Source of the DNA: Lama glama
Taxonomy: Eukaryota
Length of the DNA: 64,000 bases
Reading direction: 5' to 3'
Assembly: GCA_028534125.1 (NCBI GenBank)
Contig: CM052816.1
Location: 82,400,001-82,464,000, forward strand
In this document: one piece after another, positions 1 through 12,599 of the stretch
How the letters are laid out: every line of letters starts with the position of its first letter
How positions within the stretch are numbered: position 1 is the stretch's first letter
The notes under the pieces: generated by a model
The model's database searches: none
What the model was told of the DNA's origin: nothing
Seen by the model: only the letters and a program-made list of their open reading frames with translations
Translations under genes and position numbers: made by a program

Positions 1-126
1 CATGACTTCACCTATTTCCTATGTCCTTCTCACTAATCTTTCTCTTCCCCATTATATTATTTGCAAGATGCTCCAAGCTTGTCAAACTCTTTGAAGTTCC
101 ATTTTATATGCCATGATATTTTATTC

Positions 127-188
127 TTTTTTTTATTTTTATTTATTTAATTTTGGGGAGGGAGGTAATTAGGTTGGTTGGTTGATTT

Positions 189-219
<31 letters not shown>

Positions 220-299
220 GAGGAGGTACTGGGGATTGAACCCAGGACCTTGTGTATGCTAAGCATGCACTCTACCACTTGAGCTATACCCTCCCCCCC
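127..299 (-). mobile_element. tRNA-derived SINE, camelid Vic-1-like
   Basis: Minus strand reads GGGGAGGGTATAGCTCAAGTGGTAGAGTGCATGCTTAGCATACACAAGGTCCTGGGTTCAATCCCCAGTACCTCCTCT. Pol III A box at 275-286 and B box at 232-242, then (AAAT)n, a CCTAATTACCTCCC tail segment and an A-rich end. Possible degenerate TSD gatattttattc (115-126) / gacatttcattg (300-311). Confidence 0.9.
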
Positions 300-329
300 G
301 ACATTTCATTGTGAATAAAGTGTCCCCCA

Positions 330-640
330 CTACTTTTGCCTACTTGTTGGAGCCTTATTTACTCTTCAGGATGCTGACCAACTATGTCTGTGCTGTTAAT
401 GCTTTTCTCTTGCCATCTTCTCACTGAAATGCAAAGACCCACTCTTTGGCACCACCAATGTACATTTTTGTATGTCCTTTCTAATATTTACCACAAGGTA
501 TTAAATGATTTCTCTATGTTGTTTCCTGCCATTAAAGGGTGAATTATTTGAGGATGCAGACTGATTATCTTTGCACACCTATTGACTGAGACATGACTAA
601 TGCTCAGAAGAATAACTGCTAAATACATGAATTAAAATGA
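330..640 (+). mobile_element. L2 LINE 3' fragment (highly diverged)
   Basis: Pyrimidine-rich body ending ...gagacatgactaatgctcagaagaataactgctaaatacatgaat, resembling the L2 3' terminus. Confidence 0.5.
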
Positions 641-2254
641 GTAAATGAGAGTATTAAAAATGACCATGACTACCTGAGCCATTTTAAACTTCTAAATTAT
701 TTTAAGGACAGTGAACCAATCTATTATTATCTTTTTTTAAACTGAACATTTTCATGTGAGTCCCCTTCATTGTCATTGATTACTGCAGTGTCTTTTAAAT
801 AAAAATTGGCAGGAAAGAATCACTTAACCCCCTTTGTATTTATTAAAAACATAAGTAAAAAATTACTTAAAACTTAGTTAAAATGTGGGTCAATGTTTCT
901 TCTACCTAATTTATAATACTGTAGGTAATTGCCTTGGGCCATCCAACAGGAAGCCAAAAGAATTCCATTTACCACTTGTTCAGCTCTGTATAGTCCAGAA
1001 CACTTATCCTGGAAAGGGCACATATTCAAAGAGGAGAAACAATTATCTGCAAGTGAAACAGGTAATGAAGTTTTCTATGTGCTATAATTTTAATTTAAAG
1101 AGCATGTTTGAAAGGCTAAGGGACCCAGACAGGCAGACATTTCCTTCTTCACAGTTATAAAATCTGTCACATCTTAGAAATACTCCCCCATTGAGTGGCA
1201 ATCACAATTTTTATTCTAAAGGTTCCACATGCGTGGCATATTATGTAATGGACAGCACTTCAGAATAATCTAATGAAAAGAGAACTCTTTTCCATGCTAA
1301 TAAACTTCAGATTCTGCTTGTTTCAAGAAAATGAATTCAGGCTTTGAACTGCTGAGGTCCACATAAATTCAGGTTATCCATACAGCCGTGCGGAAAATCT
1401 CCAAAATGAGTTCTTTATTAATAGCAAGAATGAGTGAGTCAGTCAGCTCGTTTAATGATCTGGCCCATAATTTGAATCCATTGAAAGTTGCCTGTTAGCA
1501 CCTCTGGGAGCCTGGATCAAGCGTGACCTTGACTTGTGATAGCCTGAATTCAATGCTGGTATAATAGATACCACACCAGCTTTGTTTTTAGCATTTGGCA
1601 CGCAAGCAGACTCCTCGAACAGCCTAGTAATTACTGCAAACATGAAAATTGTAAGGAAGTGGGAGGAAGGTTGTGCTAACATGTAAAGTTTATTTTGGTA
1701 GAAGAGAACAGTCACTTCTCTCCTCTACGAAATTGCTGATAGAGGTCTGTGAAAAGTGATAATGTTCATGTAGGCAGTTTTGTTAGGCTCTGCAGGACAT
1801 TTTGTGTACATGTCTATTCATTAGAATTTCCTATTATTGAATACATTTATGATATGATTCTAAAAGAAGAAAAAATAATCTTTCCACTTACGGGTGTTCT
1901 AAGTTTTATTATCCCTCGGCAACTTGAACTTGCGAAAGCTTTAAGGCTGAAAATTCTCACCATATCTTGGTTATAATAATCTGTAATTTGAACTGCTTAA
2001 ACTTTTAAAATATAATAGCTTTCAGGCTTTTTCAAGACTCATGTATCTTTTAAGCATCCTTAAAATATATTATTAAATATAAAATTAATTAATAATTTTC
2101 ATCTGATTTGTAGGTGTTGTTGACATTTCTGCCTCTTTTTTCCCATGCTCCCACCTCACTATTTTGCTGTAGGGAAACAGTGTAATTCTCTGAAAGAACA
2201 AAACTTCTTTATAAGGATAAAGGATAGCAAGGATACTAGTTTTATAATGGAAAC

Positions 2255-2640
2255 TGTATGAATTTCCTAGGATTGCTTTAATAAAGTACCACACACTGGG
2301 AGTTTAGAACAATAGGTATTTATTATCTTGTGGTTCTGGAGACTAGAAGTCTGAAGTCAACGTGTCAAGAGATCTGTGCTCCCTCTGAAACCTACAGGAG
2401 AATCCTTTCTTGCCTTTTCTTAGCTTCTGGTGATTTCCTGCCAATTGTTGGCATTCCTTGGCTTGGCAGTGAGTCATTTCAGTTTTTTGTCTTCACATGG
2501 TGTTCTGTGTCCCTTTTATTAGTCTTCCATCTGTGCATGCCTGCCTCTGTGCCCGTATTTCCCCTTTTTATTCAGCCACTATTCCTGTTGGATTTTTGCC
2601 CACCCTAATGACTTTATTTTAACTTGATTATATTTCTAAA
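2255..2640 (-). mobile_element. MaLR LTR, MLT1C-like (partial)
   Basis: tgtatgaatttcctaggattgctttaataaagtaccacacactggg...gttctggagactagaagtctgaagtcaa...agcttctggtg...ttggcattccttggcttg...cccaccctaatgac matches the reverse complement of the recalled MLT1C consensus. Confidence 0.85.
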
Positions 2641-4894
2641 GGTAAGATATAATTTTTTCTTTGATAACGTCTTAGAGACAGTGGCAACAGTATTATAGTG
2701 CAGTGTAGATACGAAGTGATTCTACTTGAAAGTGCCCCATACTATAAATTGAACATGTATGACAGAAAAGAATATGTTAAGAATGACAGCTTTAGACAAA
2801 CTTGAAGACTAGAAATGATCAGGATTATAAACAAATTATTAGAATTAGCTATAGCATGTACTAGAGCTTTTATTCTTTGACTTTTTCTTTGACTTTTCAT
2901 TGTTATATATTTTTATTATTGCTTTATAAAGCAGAAGTGATTTTATTTTATCGAAGTGTTTTCAGTTTCTTGAATTAATAGCTACATCAGATGAGAAATG
3001 GCATAAATTTGAGGGAATTTGCAATGTACACTGATTTAATTTTTTGGACATTTCTTAATTTTAGGGATTTTCCATCTTCTAACTTAAAATTTCCAACCCA
3101 CTGGGGGCTCAGTAAAGCACTTTAGCACTTTAGTACTCTCCACAGTATATGAGTTCAGGACTTTAAGTAGTTTATATAGGTTTTTTTTTTTTCTCCCAGC
3201 TCTGAGTTAGTAAACAGCAAAGCAAATTACTTGGGAGTAGCATGAGTTAGCTGAGAAACCCAGACATTCATGACCTTCCCAACAATTCTCAGTCAGATAG
3301 AGTTCAATAATGCAATTATTTTAAGACTGGGAAAGGGAAAATTGAGTTTATGAAGTCAAATAAAAATCAAATAAGAATAATTATCTCATTTATGACTATT
3401 GCTGCCAAGTCAAAATCACAGAAGGAAATTCTCTTTGAGGGTAGCACATGGAGATCTCATGAAAATCTGGTAGAGATAAGTCTCTTTTTCACCTCTGTGT
3501 TGTGATGAGATGAACAGAAATGTTAGACAAATTAAAGTTGTTCTTTTTTAATGCACAGCATAAAAGGATTAGGAGCAATCATATTTTTAGGTTAGCACTG
3601 TGCCCTAAAGTATGAGTTTACTGGATTTTGGACTCTGACTAAATCTGCTGAAATATTTGTTCAATTTTTAATTTACTCTGGTTCATTAAGACAGTCTTAT
3701 ATGCACCATGACAATTGTTAGGTCCCATAAATATTGATTTTTGCAGATACAAAATCATTCAATCCTATCTAACCATTCCATGGTTATATGGACAGCAGTA
3801 AACTGAACTTCAATTTTCGCACTTCCTGAATATTCAGTGTCCTTCATGAGACAAACACCCAATGTATCTGTTCATTGCATTTTCAAAACATGATAACTAA
3901 GAAGAATCAAAATATGATTTCCAGGTCAATTCTACCTTGGGAACACTAGAATTGTGATGCACGTAAGTTTTTTATAAAATATGTGTATCAAGGTATTGTT
4001 GCCCCCTACTTTTTTTCAATATACACACATAGCCTATTATGCCTCTGCTATGGCTTTCAATAGGTGATGGAATGGAAGGTAGAAATAGCTTCTCATTTAT
4101 TACATTGCCAGTTTAATAATTAGTTCATGACTCTGTGCTTGTGGTCAATTGCAGTATTTCTAATCTACCCCAGGGCCAGTCAACTTCAAATAATATTTCC
4201 AAATTGAAATCCATTAATCTCTTTGGTCTGACTTCACTAGCATGTATTTATGGAACAGGTTAATTGGAGCCACCACATCCATGACTGTGAGCCAGTCATT
4301 TTGAATGATATAGGTAGCATTAGCTCATGCCAGACCATAGCAGCTCATTTCCCAGAGCCAATGCCATACTTGCCTCCTAGACCTGTGCTGTGACCAAAGG
4401 GGTCCTACAGAATAGAATTAGTCACACTGTAAATTAGCACCACTATTTACAGAAGAGAGCAAGGAAGAAACTGAGTTTAGAAGATGAGCACCATCCAAAC
4501 GAATGGAAAGTGCTCAACTCCTGCATGTGTTGAAAGAAGTCGGTAAATCTAGAGGGCTTGAAATGATGTAGTTTATCTGCCTTTGGATCAGAATGGTTTA
4601 AAGCAGTTGTCTTTACCGAGTAAGCATGGCCACATTTTTCAAATGGCCCTCGTGATTAGAAATTCATGTTGTACAGTTACATTGATTTTTACGGCTAACC
4701 GTGGAGTGATGAGAGGCTCCATGTTGAATGTGTAACTATAGAACCTGACTCCAGCTTGAATCAAGTGATTGTGAAGCATTTATTCTCCTCTTTTATTTCC
4801 TTATTGGGAGTATTTTGTAATGCTTCATGTTTCATGGTGCAAAATTAGTGATATTAACCTTATGCTGCTCAAAATTTTGTAATTTTTTTTTCAG

Positions 4895-4969
4895 TTTCAA
4901 TTATGATTCACAATCCACCAGCCTGGCACCTGCTGGCAAGCAGTTTAGAAAGTCAGCAAAGGATCCATG
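4895..4969 (+). other. candidate 75-nt internal exon (host transcript unknown)
   Basis: Acceptor aatttttttttcag ends at 4894 and donor ATG|gtaagt starts at 4970. Length is divisible by 3 and two of three frames are open. No recognisable protein. Confidence 0.3.
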
Positions 4970-5569
4970 GTAAGTTTCCCTTCACGTGCTTTTACTCGTG
5001 AGGTATATTTCTCCTTACCCCTTACCTCAGCCTCCTAAGTCACAGGTGGGACATGCATTGAGGTTAAGTTGGCTTTTTGGGCCATAAACAAACACTTTTC
5101 TCCAGTGTATAGACTTTACAAGATTGCTTGCAACTCATCTGCTATTTTGCCTGAACTTGATTTCTTTTAGTGAACTTATCTCTGGAATTTCTAGTCCCCA
5201 TTTCCACAACGCTGACCTCAGTCTCTTACCCTGGACCAGCGGAAGATGCTGTGCCTATTCTGAGCTTCATACCTGGTTCTCTGAGCCTGCCATTCATTAT
5301 TGTATTTATTTAACAGATGTTTTTGAGTATTACTATTATTAACTCTCATTGAATCCACAGTTGTATACCAAGGGGACTTGATAGCCATGTGAGATGTCAA
5401 GAGATGTAAACACAGAGGAGTCAACAGTATGATCTGATTACTGCTTATCTTTGACTTTTGTGAACGTAACCAGTCTTTCTCAAAGTCCTCATATAAGTCA
5501 AAAACAGATGAAAAACAACAAAAAGGCTCTATTTTCTGCTTTGTGTGCCCACGATGCAGTTGGGTAGCA

Positions 5570-5781
5570 CCAATAATTACTGATATTTTTATTGCATTGA
5601 CTGAGTGTCAGAGACTATGACAAGTTGTCTTTTAATCTCCATAACAACCCTATAAGCAAAAGCGAAAAAACAGTAAGTCAAACAAACCCTCTGAGGGGAG
5701 AATAAAAGATGACAAAGAAAGTTAAGAAACTGTCCAAACTTATCCAGCTGGTAAGTAGTGAGGCTGTGCTTTGAACCTAAC
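5570..5781 (-). mobile_element. MIR SINE, interrupted by an MLT1A LTR (continues ~6141-6175)
   Basis: tttaatctccataacaaccctataag...gttaagaaactgtccaaacttatccagctggtaagtagtgaggctgtgctttgaacc is the reverse-complement MIR core. Confidence 0.75.
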
Positions 5782-6135
5782 TGTCTTAGTCTGTTTCAGC
5801 AGCTATGACAAAATACCAGAGACTCAATGACTTATAAACATCAGAATGTTACAGATCTCGATGCTAGAAAGTCCATGCTCAAGGTGCAGCAACTCGGTAT
5901 CCAGTGAGAGCCAACTTCCTGGTTCACAGACAGCCACCTTGCTCTGTCCTCACGTGGCAGATCGGGTGAGGGACCTTCTCTGGGGTCTCTTTTATAAGGG
6001 CACTAATCTCATTCATGAGGGCTCTACCTTCATGACCTAGTCACCTCCTCAAAGTCCCACCTCAAATACCATCACATTGGGGGCTAAATTTCAACATATG
6101 AATTTTAGGAGGTTACAGACATTCAGTTTATAGCA
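5782..6135 (-). mobile_element. MaLR solo LTR, MLT1A/MLT1A0-like, full length
   Basis: TG...CA termini (tgtcttagtctgtt...cattcagtttatagca). Diagnostic cttttataagggcactaatctcattcatgagggctc. 5-bp TSD ctaac (5777-5781) / ccaac (6136-6140). Confidence 0.92.
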
Positions 6136-7973
6136 CCAACCAATCTGAATCTAAGGGTGTTTCTGTAAACTCTGATTATGTCATATGAGAGTGAGTGAAG
6201 GATGCCCTCCCAGTTTCTATGACAAAAGAGGCATTTCCTATGGCAGCTCTATGCATCTTGAGTTTGAGAACACATACTTAATAGGGTTATATGTTGTTCA
6301 GTGTTTCAGGTCTAGCATCTAAATTTAAATGAATGGATATGAGCAACTAAAACTGCAGTTATTACATATGGATCATGGTTTATACCTTTCTGGAAAACAT
6401 ATTTTTGAATAATTGAACAATATAATTTTCAGATAGTAGTTGAAGAATTCTGCTCTGTATCCTCTTTTTACTCAAAAACTCTGATTGGGATATTTCTTTT
6501 ATTCAGTTTTATGCTCAGTAGCACTATTGAGCTCAATATTCGTGTTTTCTGGTGACCATGTCCACCATATGTTCTAGAGATGCCTCGAAAACAGCACGGC
6601 CCAGATGCATTCCCGATATTCCCTTGTCCCTCCCCAGATGGCTTCTCTTCTAGATTGTGTCAGAAAATGGCACCAAATATCATGTCTTGGTATCTATGCC
6701 TGAAAACAGGACTTCTTTCTTCATTTTCCCTTCTTGCTTTCCAACACTTCCAACTCCCAATCAACATATCTTTTCTGTCTTTACTATGTCTCAAATCCTT
6801 TCACTTCTCCTCATCTCTACAGTTTCTTGCTTAGTTCATTTTTCCCCCTCAGCCACATGTGGTAGCAGTTTCTGTATCCTCTGGCCCTTCCACCTGCTGT
6901 CCTGGTCTTCAGTATGATGTACCACATGCTTTATCGTCTGGCCCTGGGTTCCCTTTATGACTCCACTCTGGTAGCCTCTGCTGTCTGTACTGAGGTCCCT
7001 GCAGCTCCTCATATGAGCAACGTGCCTGTTCTCCTCTGGGGTTCCGTGCATGTGCTTCACTGTGTGTGGCACACACATCTTACCCCTCATTCTTCCCCCT
7101 GGGTAACTCCTGCTCACACCTTCATTATACTTTTCCTCACAGAAGATGGCATATCATCGATATTGACGAAGACGCATTAATAGAATGAATGTAGATGGCC
7201 AGCTTAGAGAAGTATCAGGAGACTGGTTTCAAGATGCAGAAGCATTTCCAAATAGCCCCAAGTTAGATTTTAAAGAAATGTAATGCCTGGTTCAAGAGTA
7301 GGGTTTTATTAAATAAAGATATTTACTTGCCATATGATTCCAAAAGACAGATGACCTTATTTCTACATTAGTAATAGGTAGACTACTGATTTCATTTTTC
7401 CCAGTTAAAACTATCTATACCCGTAGTTATCAAAAGGCACTGCGCTGAGTTTCTAAATGCACTTTCATGACATCTTTTATAATACCTCTACGTATACACT
7501 TTGTTTCTGAACTGGATAGTTGGACTTATGTCTTTCTTTTTCATTACATTCTGCATTTCCTGAAAGTATAACCAATTAATAGTTACTTTTCTAGAATGTA
7601 AAAATGTATATGACACACAGAAGATGCTTTAGGCACTTTTGTTGAATGAGTGATTTAAGGACTAAAGAAAATCATATAAAATAAATAGTATAGTAAGAAC
7701 ACACTTCCCTTAGTTTAGAGTGCAGTGGTCTTCAGGATATTACCAGCTCACAGGAGTCTAATACACTAGCCAGCTAAGCGGCAGCCGGTCGGCAAAGGCA
7801 CATGGAGACTTGTCAGGGTGCTCCCCATCCCACTATCGTGAGTAACTTGATGCATCATGGTGGTGTGAGAAACCTCTTACTAGTCAATCACTTGCAATCA
7901 CTTGAAAATCTGTTTTCTTTGCCCCTCTGTCTGCAGTTACTTTTACTAAAAAACTGCTATGAATTCTAGAAGC

Positions 7974-8457
7974 TGACAAAGATGCCCCCTGATCGAGCTT
8001 TAGGGAGGCTTCTCTGAGCCTTCTGCTCATCTAGGCTGGACATTTGGCTTCTGTCTCCATCTTTGAATAATCCAGTTTTAGCAAGAATCCTGTCAGGTAG
8101 GTTTAGCCAGAACCTTTGCCATCTGATCCCCCTTGATATCTGACCAGGTCCTTTAAAACCCCACCATTTCCCAGGTAGTATCTGACCACCTACCTGGTCT
8201 TCAGCAAGAATCCTATTAGGTTAGTTTAGCAAAGAATTACCAACCCCTCTCGATAATTTTTCATCTACTGACTGCCTCCACCCTGCTCCTTGGCTGTAGA
8301 TTCCCATTTTTCCTTCTTATATTTAGAGTTGAGCCCAGTTTCTCTCCTTTACTACGAAACCCTGTTCCATTGCAGTAGACCCTTTACCTATCATGATAGA
8401 TTTCCTTAATAAAGTCTGCAACTTCAACAAGTGTCAGAATGATATTTTCCTTTAACA
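7974..8457 (+). mobile_element. ERV1 solo LTR, MER31-like
   Basis: tgacaaaga...tttaaca termini with a perfect 4-bp TSD aagc (7970-7973, 8458-8461). Internal repeated agcaagaatcct...gtttagc motif and AATAAA near the 3' end. Confidence 0.88.
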
Positions 8458-10473
8458 AAGCAGAGATATACAGTGTTCTACATTTCAATATTGCAAAGAC
8501 ACAGAACTCAACAAGATAACAACTGAAGAGGAGAGTATTTGTCTCTAAGATCAGGAGTCTCAGGGCCTAGAAGAGGTCAAGATGAGGACAGGAGAAGTGA
8601 CTCTCAGAGGGACTTTTGGAGTACTCCAGTGGCTCACTGCATTCCTCAGTCATTCTGGAAAGTAAGTGCTCTGAAAGAGAAGCAGATAGGAAAGTGCATT
8701 CTAGAGGGAAAAGTAAAGGAAGGTGATAGTCTTGCAAATAATCTCATGACCTCTGAAAGTATTTTTAAAAAGAAGTAGTTCTAATAATGATAATAATGCC
8801 ATCTGCTTTCTAGTTTTTAATTATTCTTAAAGAAACCTCAGGTGCAGAACAACAAGGGCAGGCTAAATTTGGAACAGATTTTCCCAAATTAGGACACCTT
8901 TCTTTTCCAGTGTGTCACATAGATGTGAACATTATGGAAATAGTTAAAAATCCTGAACCTCTGATTATGCCTTTTGCCTTAATATTTTAACTGGGATCTT
9001 GCCTTGAAAAAGCTTTTATTCCATTTCTTCCCCATTCCTGTCACTGCCATTTTGTTTGTTTGAAAGCAGGCAAAAATATGGATCAGAGCAACATCAGATT
9101 AAAAATAAAAATAGCAAATTAAGCAGTCAGCAAAAAGTCTCTAGGAAGCATTTGTCTCCATCTGTATATGTGGCACGTTTAGGTGGCTGGGACGATGGGT
9201 CAGTGGTCAAAACTGTCTTTATTCTTCAGAGGCAGGAGTACTCATTGTATTGACTTTCCCTGTGTCACCTGGAGTTCAGAATGTTAGAGCATGAACTTTT
9301 TCAGAGCTGGGTTGACTGGGTATATATACTGTGTGCTGAGATGACAGAATTGGAGATACTTCCTGTGTAAATTCTCCCAAAGCATTATTTCTCTTTCTTT
9401 ATACACAACTTATAACAGAGTGTGGGCAAAGGAAAAGAACGTAAGCTTCCAGGCAAGCAAGAGATATGTGACAGAAGTGAGAGAGCAAGCGAAAAAGCCC
9501 CTGACATCTCAAGGAAAGGCTAGCCACAACTTAACAGTTATGAATACCTGAGATTTTCTTATGGTGCCCGTTTCTTTAAGTACCTGAAGTCTACCTCATT
9601 TTCTTCCTTGCCCCCTCTGCCCTACCAAGACATCTCAATATGATGGCTGCCACAGTTGACCTCATTGCAACTTAATGATTTGATTCCTCCTCCCTTTTCT
9701 CCTATGTGTTTTCCAAGGTGACAGGCTGCTTACCTGGCTACCAGGCGAATGCAGGCTGCAGGTGAAGAGCAGCCAGTCCTTTCCTCTCTTGCTCCTTCTT
9801 ATCACCCTCCAGGGATAGATGTCCTCTTTGTCATCGCCTCTGCTGCATCATGCTGAGGATGACACCACAGTATAAGTTTCTTCCCAGAAAGCAAGTAGAG
9901 TATGATTGGCTCCTGGCATTTACTGGAGTCACGGATGGGGGTTTAGCTCAGTAAAAGCCCCACCATAAGGAGCGAGCCACGTGTTGTGACTGCCAAAAAA
10001 CACAAACGAAGCTAATGCAATGCACAAAATTTCCTTCGGCATTCTCATTAAGGAGTTTGCCTGCAGACAAAGCTAATGACAATTATTTGTACAGATTAAA
10101 TTGTGTTTATCAAATTATTCAAATAAATTAATAAAAATTACACCGTGGCAGAAATTTCTAAGCAGCCAGAGAGAGAAAATGCGAGCTTTACTGATCACCA
10201 GTCCTGCTGAGTTTCTGTGTGGTGCTACTAGCAATTTAGATATGCTTTACAGACCGCTGCAGCCTTCAAATTCAAAGTGCCTTATAGTAACTGCACCGTG
10301 GATCATGCGCCACCATTTTCAGAACACTTTCAGTATGTTTCTCCAACGATAACTGTGATGGGGAAAGTAACTCCTTATTTTAGAATGCAGAATCTGGGAG
10401 TCCCCTGGTTTCATACTAAGGGGAAGAAGCTAGAGCCAGAAGGTGAGCTTCAGACAATGAGTTTTTTACCCTT

Positions 10474-10859
10474 TGTCATAGACTGAATGTTTGTGTCCTC
10501 CTGGAATTTATATGTTAAAGCCCTAACTGCCAATACAATGGTATTTGGAGAACAGGTCCTTAGGGGGTAATTAGGCTTAAGTGAGGTCATGAGGGTGGGG
10601 CCTCCTGATGGGAATAATTCGCTTAGAGGAGAGACACCAGAGAACTTGCTTTCCTCAGAGCACACAAAGAAAAGGTCAGGAGAGCACAATGAAATGGCAG
10701 CAGCCTAGAAGCCAAGAGCAGAGACCCCAGAATGAGACTTACCTTTCAGTCACCTTGACCTTGGACTTCTCAGCCTCCAGAACAATGAGAAATAAATGTC
10801 TGTTGTTCAAGCAGCCAGTCTGTGGTATTTTGTTACGGCAGCCCTACCAGCCTAAGACA
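10474..10859 (+). mobile_element. MaLR solo LTR, MLT1A-like, full length
   Basis: tgtcatagactgaatgtttgtgtcc...ggacttctcagcctccagaacaatgagaaataaatg...cctaagaca, with a perfect 5-bp TSD ccctt (10469-10473, 10860-10864). Confidence 0.93.
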
Positions 10860-10929
10860 CCCTTTCAGCCAGCTCTTAATTGGCTAGGACCCACGGGACT
10901 GGAAGCACTAACTAATACTCAGGGTGCTG

Positions 10930-11260
10930 TCATTTCCTTCTTTCATTCATTTTATACTTTCCTTCTTTCCTACAAAAAAATTTCATTCAGTACTTGCTTT
11001 GTGCTTGAAAAGTGCATCAGGTCCCAGAGATACAAAAATAAACAAGCCATATTCGCATTGCCCCCATTTTGATAGGGGAAATAACTCACATAAGAAGATA
11101 ATTACAATATAATTTGATAAATGCTATAATAAAAGTCATTAAAAAGAAGTTTTGGAGGCATGAGGGAGCTCGTTTAGCTTGGGGGAACTCAGGAGATGCT
11201 TCACAAGGGAGGTAACACGGACAACGTTTTAAAGTATTGCATGTGAGCTTGGAACCCATC
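10930..11260 (-). mobile_element. L2 LINE 3' fragment
   Basis: ttcattcatt...cccagagatacaaaaataaacaag...tttgataaatgctataataaaag...ggaactcaggagatgcttcacaagggaggtaac is the reverse-complement L2 3' region. Confidence 0.7.
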
Positions 11261-11392
11261 CACCAGATGCAGTCATGATGGGAGAAAGGAGGGCCAGCAT
11301 CCCGTTGGCAGGCAGCTCCCGTCTTTGGGCTGCATGCCCGGCCTTATGGTGGACAGCAACCTAGCGCTTCTGCCCCAGGGAGTTTCCGTTAA

Positions 11393-11523
11393 ACCCAGAT
11401 TCTTGAATCCTGACCCAGACCTGACCTACCAGAACAGAATCTCTGGGCATAACACGGTGGAATAAGCATATTTAATAAGCGTTCCAGGTAATTCTAATAC
11501 ACACTGAAGTTAGATAACAGTGC
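11393..11523. mobile_element. hAT-Charlie MER5-like DNA transposon fragment
   Basis: cagattcttg...cccagacct...cagaatctctggg...atttaataagcgttccaggtaattctaatacacactgaagttagataacagtg. Confidence 0.7.
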
Positions 11524-12049
11524 GCTGAGATGCGGGAGGGGAATGCAGGCTTTTCTCTGTATTTCACCATGGATGAACTCGATGTCAGATTTCCTACATA
11601 GTCTCTTATGTGTTCCTTTATACACCAGTTTTCTCGTTGCGGCAATGAAATTTCTTTATAGCTCAACTTTCAAAGCATTCACGGAGTTAATACTGCTTTG
11701 TCAGTAAAATGATTTTTCTCTTTCCTCTTGGTTAATAAGCAGAGCGTCATCCTTTCTTTGTCAAGCTGATACAGGTCTATTTCACTTTTACCTGAGAGAT
11801 CTTACAGTTGGCTAATAAGAAATGAGGCCGCCCAGCACAAGGCCTGGTGAACAGTTACTGCTAAGTAGAGATGTGTCTCCCTCAGCACCTATCTCTTCCA
11901 CGCTCTCAGAACCCCTCCCTGCATTTCAACCACTTCACAGGCATCAATTAATGATATTAATTTCCTCTGAAAATACTGAATAGTTAAGATTAAGATGCTC
12001 TGAGGGCTTTCCTTAGCTTTGAGGTTGATTCTTCCTTCTGTTTTGGAAG

Positions 12050-12190
12050 TATATCATTTACCTCTTTACCTCTCTTCTTCTGTAAATGGGGAATGTCAAA
12101 CTTACCTGCCCTGAAAAGAAGTGCTCTGGAGATTCAGCAGTGATGTTAGTCAACTGTTTAGCACACAAAACGTGCCAAATAACAGCTATG
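12050..12190 (+). mobile_element. MIR fragment
   Basis: tcatttacctctttacctctcttcttctgtaaatggggaat...cttacctgccc resembles the MIR core. Confidence 0.55.
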
Positions 12191-12599
12191 CGATGTGCTG
12201 GGCGAAGGCTCTCTTTGGAACATCTGTGGTACCTGACCCTTTTTGTGATTCTCTTTTCTTAACAAATTATGTCCTATTGCTTCACTGCACATGAGGGAGC
12301 AACAAGATATAATGTAAATAATTAAAGCCAAAATTTTTGCCGTCTATGTAAAATAGGAACAAGAACAGCTATGATGTGTCACCAGAGTATTTGATGCAAC
12401 TTGAAACCCAGTATTTTATTGAAAGGGTTTGTGAAAACACCAAATGGCAATACAAGGGTGCCTGCCACCGAGAGTGTTGCTTTTTCTCTTTCCAAGAGCT
12501 CCCTGTCCCTGTCTATCAGAGGAAAAGAACATGCTATGTACAATCGCAACCACCTGCAGGGTTGTTTACAGCATTATCTTTGATTCTTTTGCCTCCTTC

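Noticed and set aside
225..299. tRNA-like sequence with A and B boxes
   Set aside because: It runs into an (AAAT)n tract and SINE tail and has a probable TSD, so it is a SINE head rather than a tRNA gene.
925..1061. Possible plus-strand exon (tag|GTAATT...CAG|gtaatg) inside ORF 885-1160
   Set aside because: Weak pyrimidine tract, no recognisable peptide, and its open frame ends in phase 0, which is closed in the 4895 candidate.
8070..8240. Spaced direct repeats (agcaagaatcct...gtttagc) superficially like repeat-spacer units
   Set aside because: Only two copies, and they are internal U3 repeats of a MER31-like LTR; not a CRISPR array.
10608..11072. Longest ORF in the track (154 aa)
   Set aside because: It lies across an MLT1A LTR and an L2 fragment; a chance read-through of repeats.
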